Part shown: in pieces, positions 56,027-64,000 of the stretch
How the letters are laid out: the number at the start of each line of letters is the position of its first letter
Position numbering within the stretch: the first letter of the stretch is position 1
Assembly: GCA_963760235.1 (NCBI GenBank)
Contig: CAVXCG010000003.1
Coordinates: forward strand, 267,879 to 331,878
Direction of reading: 5' to 3'
Source of the DNA: an uncultured Alphaproteobacteria bacterium
Lineage (GTDB): Bacteria; Pseudomonadota; Alphaproteobacteria; Rhizobiales; Xanthobacteraceae
DNA: 64,000 nt
Translations under genes and position numbers: made by a program
The notes under the pieces: generated by a model
What the model was told of the DNA's origin: nothing
Databases searched by the model: none
What the model saw: the letters and a program-made list of their open reading frames with translations, nothing else

Positions 56027-57286
56027 ATGTCAATGAGTAAGCTGGCAAAGCGCGCCGCGCTGGCGGCGTGCTCAGCTTCCGCCGTGCTGGCGCTGGCGTT
56101 CGTGACGCCCGGTCTCGCACAGTCGAAAGCTCCCATCAAGATCGGCGTCATTGCCGAGGCGCAGTCGGTGGCGGGCTCGTCGATCCCGCAAGGCGCCCAG
56201 CTTGCCGCCGACGAGATCAACGCCGCGGGCGGCGTCAACGGCCGCAAGATCGAGATCGTTTCCTACGACGATCACTCCTCGGCTGCCGAAGCCGTGCGCG
56301 CCTTCCAGCGCGCCGCGACGCAGGACCACGTCAACGCGGTCATCGCCAGCTTCATCAGCGAGGTGGTGCTGGCGCTCGAACCGTGGACCGGACGATTAAA
56401 GACCGTGATGATCACGCCGGGCGCCGCCTCCGACGTCATCACCCAGAACATCGCCAAGGATTACGACCACCTCAAATACACGTTCCACGGTTACCTGACC
56501 TCGACCAGCATCGCCGATGCCGTCTGCGCCCCGGCGAAGGACCTTCTGGTCGGTCAGCTGCACATGAAGACGGCCGTGGTCATGAGCGAGGATGCCGCCT
56601 GGACCACCCCGCTCGACGTCGAATATCTCAAGTGTCTGCCGAAGATCGGGCTGAAAGTGCTCGACCATATCCGCTTCTCGCCCGACACCACCGACTTCAC
56701 CCCGATCTTCAACAAGATCGAAGGCGAGAAGCCCGACGTGATCATCACCGGCATTGCCCATGTGGGCACCCAGCCGACGGTGCAATGGAAGCAGCAGGAG
56801 GTGCCGATTCCGATGTTCGGCATCTCCGCACAGGCGACCAATTCGACGTTCTGGAGCGACACCAACGGCGCCACCGACGGCGTCCTGTTCCAGGCCATCT
56901 CCGGCCCCGGCGTCGCGGTGACTCCCAAAACCCTGCCCTTCGTCGCCGCGTTCCAGAAGCGGTTCGGCAACCTGCCGTCGTATTGCGGCTACACCGCCTA
57001 TGACGAGGTCTACTACATCGCCGACGCGATCAAGCGCGCCGGTTCGACCGATCCCGACCAGCTGGTCGCTGCGCTGGAAAAAACCGACTGGCTGGGCACG
57101 ATCGGGCGGACGCAGTTCAAGGGCAGGAATTCGCCCAACCCGCACGCGCTCGAGGTCGGCCCCGAAAGCATCACCGGCCTGATGCTGCAATGGCAGGACG
57201 GCAAGCAAATCAACCTGTGGCCGGCAAACCTCGCCAACGGCAAAATCAAGTTCCCGAAATTCATCAAGGTCGGTTCGTCCGATTGA
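56027..57286 (+). CDS. ABC transporter substrate-binding protein (branched-chain amino acid type), copy 2
   Basis: GGGAGGA then ATG 56027, 419 aa. It is a near-identical paralogue of 52234..53502 and heads the permease/ATPase operon. Confidence 0.85.
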   Translation: MSMSKLAKRAALAACSASAVLALAFVTPGLAQSKAPIKIGVIAEAQSVAGSSIPQGAQLAADEINAAGGVNGRKIEIVSYDDHSSAAEAVRAFQRAATQDHVNAVIASFISEVVLALEPWTGRLKTVMITPGAASDVITQNIAKDYDHLKYTFHGYLTSTSIADAVCAPAKDLLVGQLHMKTAVVMSEDAAWTTPLDVEYLKCLPKIGLKVLDHIRFSPDTTDFTPIFNKIEGEKPDVIITGIAHVGTQPTVQWKQQEVPIPMFGISAQATNSTFWSDTNGATDGVLFQAISGPGVAVTPKTLPFVAAFQKRFGNLPSYCGYTAYDEVYYIADAIKRAGSTDPDQLVAALEKTDWLGTIGRTQFKGRNSPNPHALEVGPESITGLMLQWQDGKQINLWPANLANGKIKFPKFIKVGSSD

Positions 57287-57315
57287 TGGAAGCTTGATCG
57301 AGCGCGCGTAGGCTT

Positions 57316-57345
57316 CTCCCCCGCCTGCAACCGCACGCGGGGGAG
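57316..57345 (+). promoter_or_regulatory. Intra-operon hairpin between the binding-protein gene and the permease genes
   Basis: CTCCCCCGC (57316..57324) pairs with GCGGGGGAG (57337..57345), with a 12-nt loop. Its position is typical of attenuating or stabilising stem-loops after SBP genes. Confidence 0.4.
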
Positions 57346-57366
57346 AGCTTGAGTGGAGCCCGTTGA

Positions 57367-58245
57367 ATGATCCTGTTCTGGCAAATCCTGATCGACGGCT
57401 TCGCTATCAGCTCGCTCTACGCGCTCGGGGCCATGGGATTTGCACTGATCTTCGGCGTTTCCGGCGTGCTCAACCTGTCGCACGGAGCCCTGATGGTGAC
57501 CGCCGTCGTCGCCGCCTGGTGGGCCGGCGATAGCCTGCACGCCGGGCCCTATGCGGGCGCGGCGCTCGGCGTGGCGGTCGGCTTTGTCGCCTCGCTACTC
57601 ACCTATTTCGTCGTCGTGCGGCCGCTGCAAAGCACGCGCAAGATCCGCGAGCAGGAAAAGGAGATTTTCATCCTCACGGCAACGCTGCTCTGGGGCATCA
57701 TGATGCAGGAGCTGATCGCCTACCTGTTCACCAACAACGCCAAGACGGTGGCGCCGATCGTGCAAGGCATCGTCTCGATCGCCGGCGTGCGCACGCCGAC
57801 GAACGAGATTTTCACCGCCATCGTGTGCTGGCTGGTGATCGCGTTGCTCTGGCTTTTGGTCAACCGCACCCGCGCCGGGAAGGCGGTGCTGGCCGCCTCG
57901 ATGAATCCGCGCGGAATCACGCTCCTCGGAGTCGAGCTGTCGCAGATCTATATCGCCATCTGGGCGGTCTATGGCGTCCTCGTCGGAGTGGCGGGCGTAC
58001 TGCTCGGCATGTTCCTCGGCGTTTCCTCCTACAGCGTCGGTCCGCTGACCGCGAGCGCCTTCACCATCGTCGTGCTTGGCGGGCTTGGCAGCGTCACCGG
58101 CGCGCTGATCGCCGCCTACGTGGTCGGCTATCTGGAAACGTTGACGGCTTATCTGATCTCGCCGGCCTACCGCACCATCCCGGCGCTGCTCCTGCTCGTG
58201 GCCGTCATGTACGTGCGCCCGCGCGGGCTGTTGGGGCGCCGATAG
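57367..58245 (+). CDS. Branched-chain amino acid ABC transporter permease (LivH-like)
   Basis: 292 aa, polytopic, with a family-typical start MILFWQILIDGFAISSLYALGAMGFALIFGVSGVLNLSHGA. Confidence 0.85.
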   Translation: MILFWQILIDGFAISSLYALGAMGFALIFGVSGVLNLSHGALMVTAVVAAWWAGDSLHAGPYAGAALGVAVGFVASLLTYFVVVRPLQSTRKIREQEKEIFILTATLLWGIMMQELIAYLFTNNAKTVAPIVQGIVSIAGVRTPTNEIFTAIVCWLVIALLWLLVNRTRAGKAVLAASMNPRGITLLGVELSQIYIAIWAVYGVLVGVAGVLLGMFLGVSSYSVGPLTASAFTIVVLGGLGSVTGALIAAYVVGYLETLTAYLISPAYRTIPALLLLVAVMYVRPRGLLGRR

Positions 58246-59193
58246 ATGCTATCATTCTCGACCGCCCGCGTATTGCTCGTCGGCTTGGGCATCGTCGCCT
58301 TGGTGTCGTTTCTGCCGCTGTGGGCTAGCGGCTACATCCTCGGCCTCCTGACGCTTGCCTATTATTTCAGCGTGTTCGCGATGTCCTGGGACCTGCTGTT
58401 CGGTTTCGCCGGCGAGGTCAATTTCGGTCCGACCTTTTTGATCGGAACCGGCGCCTACACCGCAGGCATCCTCGACAATCTCTACCAGCCGCCAATCTGG
58501 GCCTGCCTGTCCGCCGGCGCGCTCGCCGCGGTGCTCGGCGGGGTGGTGCTGGCGCTGCCGGCACTGCGGGTGCGCGGCCCGTATTTCGGTCTCACCACCC
58601 TGGTCGCGGTGCTGATGCTGCAGAACTTCGTGGTGGTCGACGCTCACCTGACCGGCGGCGAGATCGGGCTGACCGTGCCCGACGTCATCTCGATCAGCGA
58701 CGCCACGAATTACGAGATCGCGCTGTGGTTCATGGCTGTGAGCGGCGCCTTCCTGTTCTCGCTGTCGCGCTCGCCGGTCGGGCTGATCCTGCAGGCGAGC
58801 GGGCAGGACGCGGTGCAGGCCGGCGCGCTGGGCTTCAACGTCACTAAACACAAGCTCACCGCCTTCATCATCAGCGCTTTCTTCTCCGGACTCGCCGGCG
58901 CGCTGATGGTGTTCTATCTCGGCTCGGCCTCGGTCGGCACCTTCATCGATATTACGGTCAGTGCGCAGATCATCATCGCCGCGGTGCTCGGCGGGCGGCG
59001 CACGATTCTCGGCTCGGTGCTCGGCGCCGTCTTTCTCATCGGCATGAGCGAGGCGCTGCGTCCGCTTGGCGATCTTTCCAATTTCGTCGTCTTCACCATG
59101 GCGCTGATCGTGGTGCTTCTGTACCCCAACGGCTTTTTCGGATTGCTCACGCGCATCTTCGGGTTGCTCACGGGCACCAGAGAAGACGCCTGA
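58246..59193 (+). CDS. Branched-chain amino acid ABC transporter permease (LivM-like)
   Basis: 315 aa. The start abuts the LivH-like stop. Motif SWDLLFGFAGEVNFGPTFLIGTGAY. Confidence 0.85.
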   Translation: MLSFSTARVLLVGLGIVALVSFLPLWASGYILGLLTLAYYFSVFAMSWDLLFGFAGEVNFGPTFLIGTGAYTAGILDNLYQPPIWACLSAGALAAVLGGVVLALPALRVRGPYFGLTTLVAVLMLQNFVVVDAHLTGGEIGLTVPDVISISDATNYEIALWFMAVSGAFLFSLSRSPVGLILQASGQDAVQAGALGFNVTKHKLTAFIISAFFSGLAGALMVFYLGSASVGTFIDITVSAQIIIAAVLGGRRTILGSVLGAVFLIGMSEALRPLGDLSNFVVFTMALIVVLLYPNGFFGLLTRIFGLLTGTREDA

Positions 59194-59195
59194 GC

Positions 59196-60668
59196 ATGGA
59201 AGCGTCCGCGCATCTCGAAGTGGCCGGCCTGACCAAGCGCTTCGGCGGCCTGGTCGCCGTCAAGGACATGTCGCTGTCGGTCTCCGGCGGGAAAATCCTC
59301 GGCCTGATCGGCCCCAACGGCTCCGGCAAGTCGACGGTGATGAAGCTGATCATGGGCATCGAGCGGCCCGATGCCGGTTCGGTGCGCATCAACGGCATCG
59401 AAGTCGCCGGCTGGCCGTCGCACCGGATCGCGCGCATGGGCGCCGGCATCGTTTTTCAGCATTCGCGCCCGCTGCATCGCCAGACCGTGCTGGAGAACAT
59501 CAAGCTCGCTTTGCTGCCGGACCGGCTGACGCGGCTGCTGGTCGACCCGCAAACCGACGCGCGGGCGCGCGCCATCGCCGCGCGCGTCGGCTTGAGCGCG
59601 GTGCTCGACCGCCGCCCGGGGACGCTGCCGTTCGCCGATCTGCGCAAGATCGAAATCGCCAAGGCGATCGCGCGCGATCCGCAGGTGCTGTTGATCGACG
59701 AGCCGTTCGCAGGGCTGACGCCCACGGAAACGGCGGCCTTCTCCGATCTGATCTGCGAACTGCGCGAGGACGGCCGCGCCGTGCTCCTGGTCGACCACAA
59801 CGTCAAGAGCGTTGCCCGCATGGTCGACCGCGTCATCGCCATGTATGTCGGCGAACGCATCGCCGAGGGCACGGCCGAAGACGTGATGCGCGACGAAACC
59901 GTGCGCCGCGTCTATCTCGGCGGCAGCCTGGAGACCGCGGCGCGGCCGGAATCCTCGTTTGGCGATGCCGCGACGCCGTTTCTCGAGGTCGAGGGAGTGA
60001 GCGTCCACTACGGCAAGGCGCAGGCGCTTCAGCAGGTCTCGATCCACGTGCACGAGCGCGAATTCGTCGCCGTCGTCGGGCTCAACGGCGCCGGCAAGAC
60101 GACGCTGTTCAACACCATCTCCGGGCTGCTCCCCTATGCGGGCGAGATCCGCCGCCAGGGCACCTCGCTGCGCGGCCGCTCGGCGGCATCGATTGCGCGC
60201 GGCGGTGTCGTGCAATGCCCCGAAGGCCGCGAACTGTTCACCGAGATGACCGTGCGCGAGAATCTCGATCTCGGCGGCCAGCATCTGCCCGCCGCCGAGA
60301 GCGCCACACAGATCGAGTGGCTGTTCGAACTTTTTCCGATCCTGCGCGCACGGCAGCGCCAGGCGGCCGGCACGCTTTCCGGCGGCGAACAGCAGATGCT
60401 CACCATCGCCCGCGCGCTGATGATGAAACCAAAACTCCTCATGCTCGACGAGCCGACCTTGGGACTTGCCCCCGTGATCCTCGAACAGATCTCCGAGGCG
60501 CTGCGGCGGCTGCGCCAGACCACGGACATCACCGTGCTGCTCGCCGAACAGAACGTCACCTTCGCGCTGCCGCACGCCGACCGCGTCTATGTGCTCGAAC
60601 ACGCGCGCATCGTCTGGGAAGGCGGTCCGGCGAAATTCGCCGCCGCAATGGGAGCGGGATATTTGTAG
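59196..60668 (+). CDS. Fused LivG-like + LivF-like ABC ATPase (two nucleotide-binding domains in one chain)
   Basis: 490 aa. NBD1 has GLIGPNGSGKST...LLIDEPFAGL. NBD2 has VVGLNGAGKTT...LSGGEQQMLTIARAL...LMLDEPTLGLAP. Confidence 0.85.
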   Translation: MEASAHLEVAGLTKRFGGLVAVKDMSLSVSGGKILGLIGPNGSGKSTVMKLIMGIERPDAGSVRINGIEVAGWPSHRIARMGAGIVFQHSRPLHRQTVLENIKLALLPDRLTRLLVDPQTDARARAIAARVGLSAVLDRRPGTLPFADLRKIEIAKAIARDPQVLLIDEPFAGLTPTETAAFSDLICELREDGRAVLLVDHNVKSVARMVDRVIAMYVGERIAEGTAEDVMRDETVRRVYLGGSLETAARPESSFGDAATPFLEVEGVSVHYGKAQALQQVSIHVHEREFVAVVGLNGAGKTTLFNTISGLLPYAGEIRRQGTSLRGRSAASIARGGVVQCPEGRELFTEMTVRENLDLGGQHLPAAESATQIEWLFELFPILRARQRQAAGTLSGGEQQMLTIARALMMKPKLLMLDEPTLGLAPVILEQISEALRRLRQTTDITVLLAEQNVTFALPHADRVYVLEHARIVWEGGPAKFAAAMGAGYL

Positions 60669-60863
60669 GTGAGGAAATAACGCGAAGCCCGGCTGCGTTT
60701 TTGCTTGGGCGTGCTTCCCATAAAAGTTGGCAGGTCACGCCGAGCGGCTCGGGATCGCAAGACCCGGAAGATGCCATTGAGGATACGGCGATCGGCAACG
60801 CGGTGGACGCGCCGTGGCTTGTTCGGTGCCCGACGAAAACATCACTTGATTTGGCGCACCACC

Positions 60864-62216
60864 TCAGACTGTCGCAGGCGCCCGCGCGCCAAATGCGCTT
60901 TTGGGCCATTGCAGCCCGTAGTGCTCGCGCAGCGTTGCTCCCGCATACGCTGTCCGAAATAGCCCGCGCCGCTGCAGCAGCGGAATAACCTCGGCGCTGA
61001 AGACGTCCAACATCGAGGGCAGCAGCGGAGGCATGATGTTGAAGCCATCCGCGGCGCCGTTCATAAACCAATCGCCGATCAGGTCCGCGACCTGCTCCGG
61101 CGTCCCCGTAAAGGTAAAATGGCCGCGAGCGCCGGCGAGCGTGCCAAGTAATTGTCTCAGCGTCGGGTGTTCCCGCCTCACGAACCTTAAGATCACCTCG
61201 GTGCGGCTGCGCGCCGCCTCCACCGACGACGGCACCGGGAAATCCTCCGGCGTCAGGGGGCGGTCCAGCGGCAAATGGGAGAAATCATGGCCGCCGAACC
61301 TTCCGGACAATCGTTTGCGGCCAACTTCCGGGTCGCAGAGTTCGTTTAATTCGCGCGCCAGACGCTGTGCTTCAGCCTCGGTGGCGGCGATCATCGGGCT
61401 CAGCCCCGGCAGGATCAAAACTTGCTCGGGCGCCCGGCCTTCGGCCGCCGCCAGCGTTTTTAGATCGGTGTAAAATGCCTGCGCTGTAGCCTTCTCCAAA
61501 TGAGCGGTGAAAACCGCCTCGGCGTGCCGCGCCGCGAAGCGGCGACCGGTGTCGGATGAGCCTGCCTGGACGAAAACCGGTCGGCCTTGCGGCGTGCGCG
61601 GCAAGTTCAGCGGGCCGGCGACTTGATAGTACTGGCCCTTGTGGTCGATGGGTCGAATCCGGTCTGGGTTGGCGTAACAACCGTGCTCGCGGTCGTCGAT
61701 GACGGCGTCTTCGGCCCAACTGTCCCACAGCGTTTTGACGACGGCCATGAATTCCTCGCCGCGCGCATATCGATCCGCGTGGCTGATCTGGCCTGAGCCG
61801 CCGAAGTTCGCCGCTGCCGTTGCAAGCCACGAGGTGACGATATTCCAACCCACCCGACCGTTGCTGATGTGGTCCAGCGCTCCGAACTGCCGGGCAAGAT
61901 TGAACGGTTCGGTGTAGGTCGTGGAACAGGTACCGATCAATCCAATCTTATCGGTTGCCACCGCCGTGGCGGCCAGGACAGTCACGGGCTCAAGCCAGGT
62001 GCGCGCCGCTTGGGAGGCATCGTCGCCCAAAGCGAGTTGGTCGGCCAGAAAAATAGAGTCGAACAGCGCCGCCTCCGCACGCTGCGCCAAATCCTGGTAG
62101 TAACGGATGTCGGTCAGCGCCAGCGGCGAAGACGCCGGGTGCCGCCACGAGGCCTCATGATGGCCGCGGCCATGGATGAACAGATTCAAGTGCAATTGCC
62201 GCTTCACGACCTGCAT
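60864..62216 (-). CDS. LLM-class flavin-dependent monooxygenase (NtaA/SnaA/DszA family)
   Basis: 450 aa with LHLNLFIHGRGHHEASWRHP, WNIVTSW and a family-typical length. Confidence 0.8.
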   Translation of the reverse strand: MQVVKRQLHLNLFIHGRGHHEASWRHPASSPLALTDIRYYQDLAQRAEAALFDSIFLADQLALGDDASQAARTWLEPVTVLAATAVATDKIGLIGTCSTTYTEPFNLARQFGALDHISNGRVGWNIVTSWLATAAANFGGSGQISHADRYARGEEFMAVVKTLWDSWAEDAVIDDREHGCYANPDRIRPIDHKGQYYQVAGPLNLPRTPQGRPVFVQAGSSDTGRRFAARHAEAVFTAHLEKATAQAFYTDLKTLAAAEGRAPEQVLILPGLSPMIAATEAEAQRLARELNELCDPEVGRKRLSGRFGGHDFSHLPLDRPLTPEDFPVPSSVEAARSRTEVILRFVRREHPTLRQLLGTLAGARGHFTFTGTPEQVADLIGDWFMNGAADGFNIMPPLLPSMLDVFSAEVIPLLQRRGLFRTAYAGATLREHYGLQWPKSAFGARAPATV

Positions 62217-62243
62217 CTTATAGAATGACGGATGGGCGGAAAA

Positions 62244-63221
62244 TTACTCCGCCTTGATATTGGCCGCGCGTATCACCTTGGCCCACTTCTTGGTATATTC
62301 GACGATGAATTTGCCGAACTCCGCGGGCGAGCTTGCGAATGGCTCCACGCCCAGATCGGAGAGCCGCGCTTTGAACTTGGGGTCAGCGAGAGCGGCATTC
62401 ACTTCTCTGTTGAGGATTGCGATGATCCCCGGCGGCGTGTTTTTCGGGGCGCCGATGCCCTGCCAGCTGCTCGCCTCGTAGCCCGGCACAAAATTGCCGA
62501 TGGGCGGCACGTCCGGCAATGCGTCGATTCGTGTGGCGGCCGTCACCCCTAGGGCTCGCAGCTTGCCGCTCCTGATGTATCCGATCGACGCCACGACGTT
62601 AGGGATGAAGACTTGTACCTGCCCGCCGAGCAGAGCGGTCAGCGCGAGCGCCCCGCCGCGATACGGCACATGGACCATATCGACACCGGTCATCGCCTTG
62701 AACAACTCGCCGTAAAGGTGTCCTGCGCTGCCCGCGCCGGCCGACGCCATGTTGATCCTGCCGGGATTGGACTTGGCATAGGCGATGAATTCGGCGACGG
62801 TCTTGGCCGGAAACGACGGATTGACGACCATCACGCCTGGCTCGCGCCCGATGCTCGCGACGGGCGCGATGTCGCGGATGAAATTGAAATTGAGATTGTC
62901 GTAGATTGTCCTGTTCCACGCGTTAATCCCGAGAGCTTCGAGCAGCATATAGCCATCGGGGTTTGCCTTGGTGATCAATTCGGTGGCGATATTGCTGCCG
63001 GCGCCCGGCCGGTTCTCGATCACGAAGGACTGGCCAAGCCGCTCGGACAGCCATTGCCCGATCAGCCGTGCAATGATGTCGTTTGAACCCCCGGGCGGAA
63101 AGCCGACGACGATTTGCACCGACCGCGTCGGATAGGTTTGCGCCCATGCGAAGCGCGGCGCCGTCTGGAACGCGGCGGCACCTGCTGCCAGATGCAGAAA
63201 TTCGCGACGCGGAAGTTTCAT
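62244..63221 (-). CDS. Bug/TctC-family tripartite tricarboxylate transporter substrate-binding protein
   Basis: GGGAGG then ATG 63221 (ORF-track start 63443). Tat-like signal MKLPRREFLHLAAGAAAF, then YPTRSVQIVVGFPPGGSNDIIAR and ENRPGAGSNIA. Confidence 0.85.
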   Translation of the reverse strand: MKLPRREFLHLAAGAAAFQTAPRFAWAQTYPTRSVQIVVGFPPGGSNDIIARLIGQWLSERLGQSFVIENRPGAGSNIATELITKANPDGYMLLEALGINAWNRTIYDNLNFNFIRDIAPVASIGREPGVMVVNPSFPAKTVAEFIAYAKSNPGRINMASAGAGSAGHLYGELFKAMTGVDMVHVPYRGGALALTALLGGQVQVFIPNVVASIGYIRSGKLRALGVTAATRIDALPDVPPIGNFVPGYEASSWQGIGAPKNTPPGIIAILNREVNAALADPKFKARLSDLGVEPFASSPAEFGKFIVEYTKKWAKVIRAANIKAE

Positions 63222-63272
63222 GGTGCCCTCCCTTGACTGCCGCAGGCGGCGATGACCAGACCAACCGCATTC

Positions 63273-64000
63273 ATGGATTGGCTTGAACAAATGAATCCAG
63301 ACGAGCGACTCAGCGGCCGACTGAAAATCAGCGATCTCCGTCTGCTCCAGGCCGTAGTGCAATCGGGCAGCATGGCAAAGGCGGCGGCGCAACTCCACAT
63401 CTCGCAGCCCGCCGTATCGAAGGCGATAGCAGCATTGGAGCACACGCTTGGAGTCCGCCTGCTCGATCGCAATTCGCGGGGCGTGGAGACAACGCTTTAC
63501 GGGCGCGCGCTGTTGCGGCGTGGAATTGCGATCTTCGACGAACTGCGGCAGGGCGTGAACGATATAAAATCCCTAAACGATCCAGGTGCCGGTGAAATCC
63601 GAATCGGCGCCACAGCGGTTACGCTCGAAACTGTGCTTCCAATGTTGATCCGCCACTTCAGCCACCAATATCCGCGCGTGGTTCTGCATATAGACAATGT
63701 TCCGCGCGACGTAACGCACACATCAGGCTTACGGGATCGAAAATACGATCTTATCGTGGCATGGTCGGGGACGCTCCTGGCGGATGATCCTCTCACGGAC
63801 GACTTGAGAGTCGAGCCTCTTTTTCTTCGTGATCAATGGATCATCGCAGCAGGCAGCCACACTCGATGGGCGCGCCGTCGAAAGATCGATCTTGCTGAGC
63901 TTGTCGACGAACCTTGGATTTTGCCGGAGACAAATTCTTGGAACTATTCGACGTTGGTTGAGGTCTTTAGGGCTCGAGGAATCAATCCTCCAAAAGCGAG
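63273..64000 (+). CDS. LysR-family transcriptional regulator, partial (runs off the right edge)
   Basis: My translation gives MDWLEQMNPDERLSGRLKISDLRLLQAVVQSGSMAKAAAQLHISQPAVSKAIAALEHTLGVRLLDR (LysR HTH). It is divergent from the TctC gene and open to the window end. ATG 63291 is an alternative start. Confidence 0.85.
   Translation, partial: MDWLEQMNPDERLSGRLKISDLRLLQAVVQSGSMAKAAAQLHISQPAVSKAIAALEHTLGVRLLDRNSRGVETTLYGRALLRRGIAIFDELRQGVNDIKSLNDPGAGEIRIGATAVTLETVLPMLIRHFSHQYPRVVLHIDNVPRDVTHTSGLRDRKYDLIVAWSGTLLADDPLTDDLRVEPLFLRDQWIIAAGSHTRWARRRKIDLAELVDEPWILPETNSWNYSTLVEVFRARGINPPKA

Noticed and set aside
60700-60860. A possible transposase or other gene remnant (..SQDPEDAIEDTAIGNAVDAPWLVR..) in the convergent intergenic gap.
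   Set aside because: It is only a ~25-residue protein-like stretch with no start, no flanking inverted repeats and no family I can name with confidence. It cannot be supported without a database search.
1-64000. rRNA, tRNA, tmRNA, CRISPR arrays, integrase/IS elements and toxin-antitoxin or defence systems.
   Set aside because: I scanned the intergenic regions by eye (20531-20689, 29924-30138, 36636-36905, 42469-42780, 51550-52233, 55770-56026, 60669-60863). I saw no cloverleaf-compatible sequence, no regularly spaced repeats and no recognisable integrase or defence motifs. A tRNAscan/Infernal run would be needed for certainty.

Overview
High-GC alphaproteobacterial chromosome segment. Gene content and synteny look Bradyrhizobiaceae/Nitrobacteraceae-like, but that is a judgement by eye with no search run. 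I found no rRNA, tRNA, CRISPR array or intact IS element. Layout: (1) 1-24.9 kb is a housekeeping block (mutL, arfB, M16 peptidase pair, lspA, ileS, ribF, CheY-like regulator, HAD hydrolase, EAL protein, GT39). It is interspersed with accessory genes: a split sulfotransferase, a Ser/Thr-rich outer-membrane protein, two tandem adenylate-forming enzymes, and SET-domain and DUF883 genes. (2) 24.9-30 kb holds a MocR regulator, SnoaL-like protein, MFS transporter and class-III aminotransferase. (3) 30-51.5 kb is a contiguous metal-homeostasis island. It contains DUF2946-like/TonB receptor/CopC/CopD, TauD, an HME-type RND pump with adaptor and a divergent NodT outer-membrane factor, a DmeR/DmeF-like Ni/Co efflux pair, and two unusual two-barrel outer-membrane fusion proteins. 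(4) 52-64 kb holds a duplicated solute-binding protein gene bracketing a decayed SGNH hydrolase, a Liv-type ABC importer, an LLM monooxygenase, a TctC-type binding protein and a partial LysR gene. Main observations: (a) there are many single-nucleotide frame disruptions, strongly clustered at 15.8-19.9 kb and 53.6-55.8 kb, with isolated ones in ileS, the sulfotransferase and the porin. They hit normally essential genes (ribF, ileS), while 6 kb of RND genes are clean. (b) The same 8-stranded OMP beta-barrel module is fused N-terminally to an OprB porin and C-terminally to a TonB-dependent receptor, on either side of dmeRF. (c) ileS carries an internal low-GC patch. (d) A family of about 75-nt palindromic repeats brackets a small membrane-protein gene. 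(e) A (CGGG)7 microsatellite and C-tract operator-like boxes lie in the porin/dmeR divergent promoter region. All calls come from reading the sequence and the ORF track by eye; no database search was possible.
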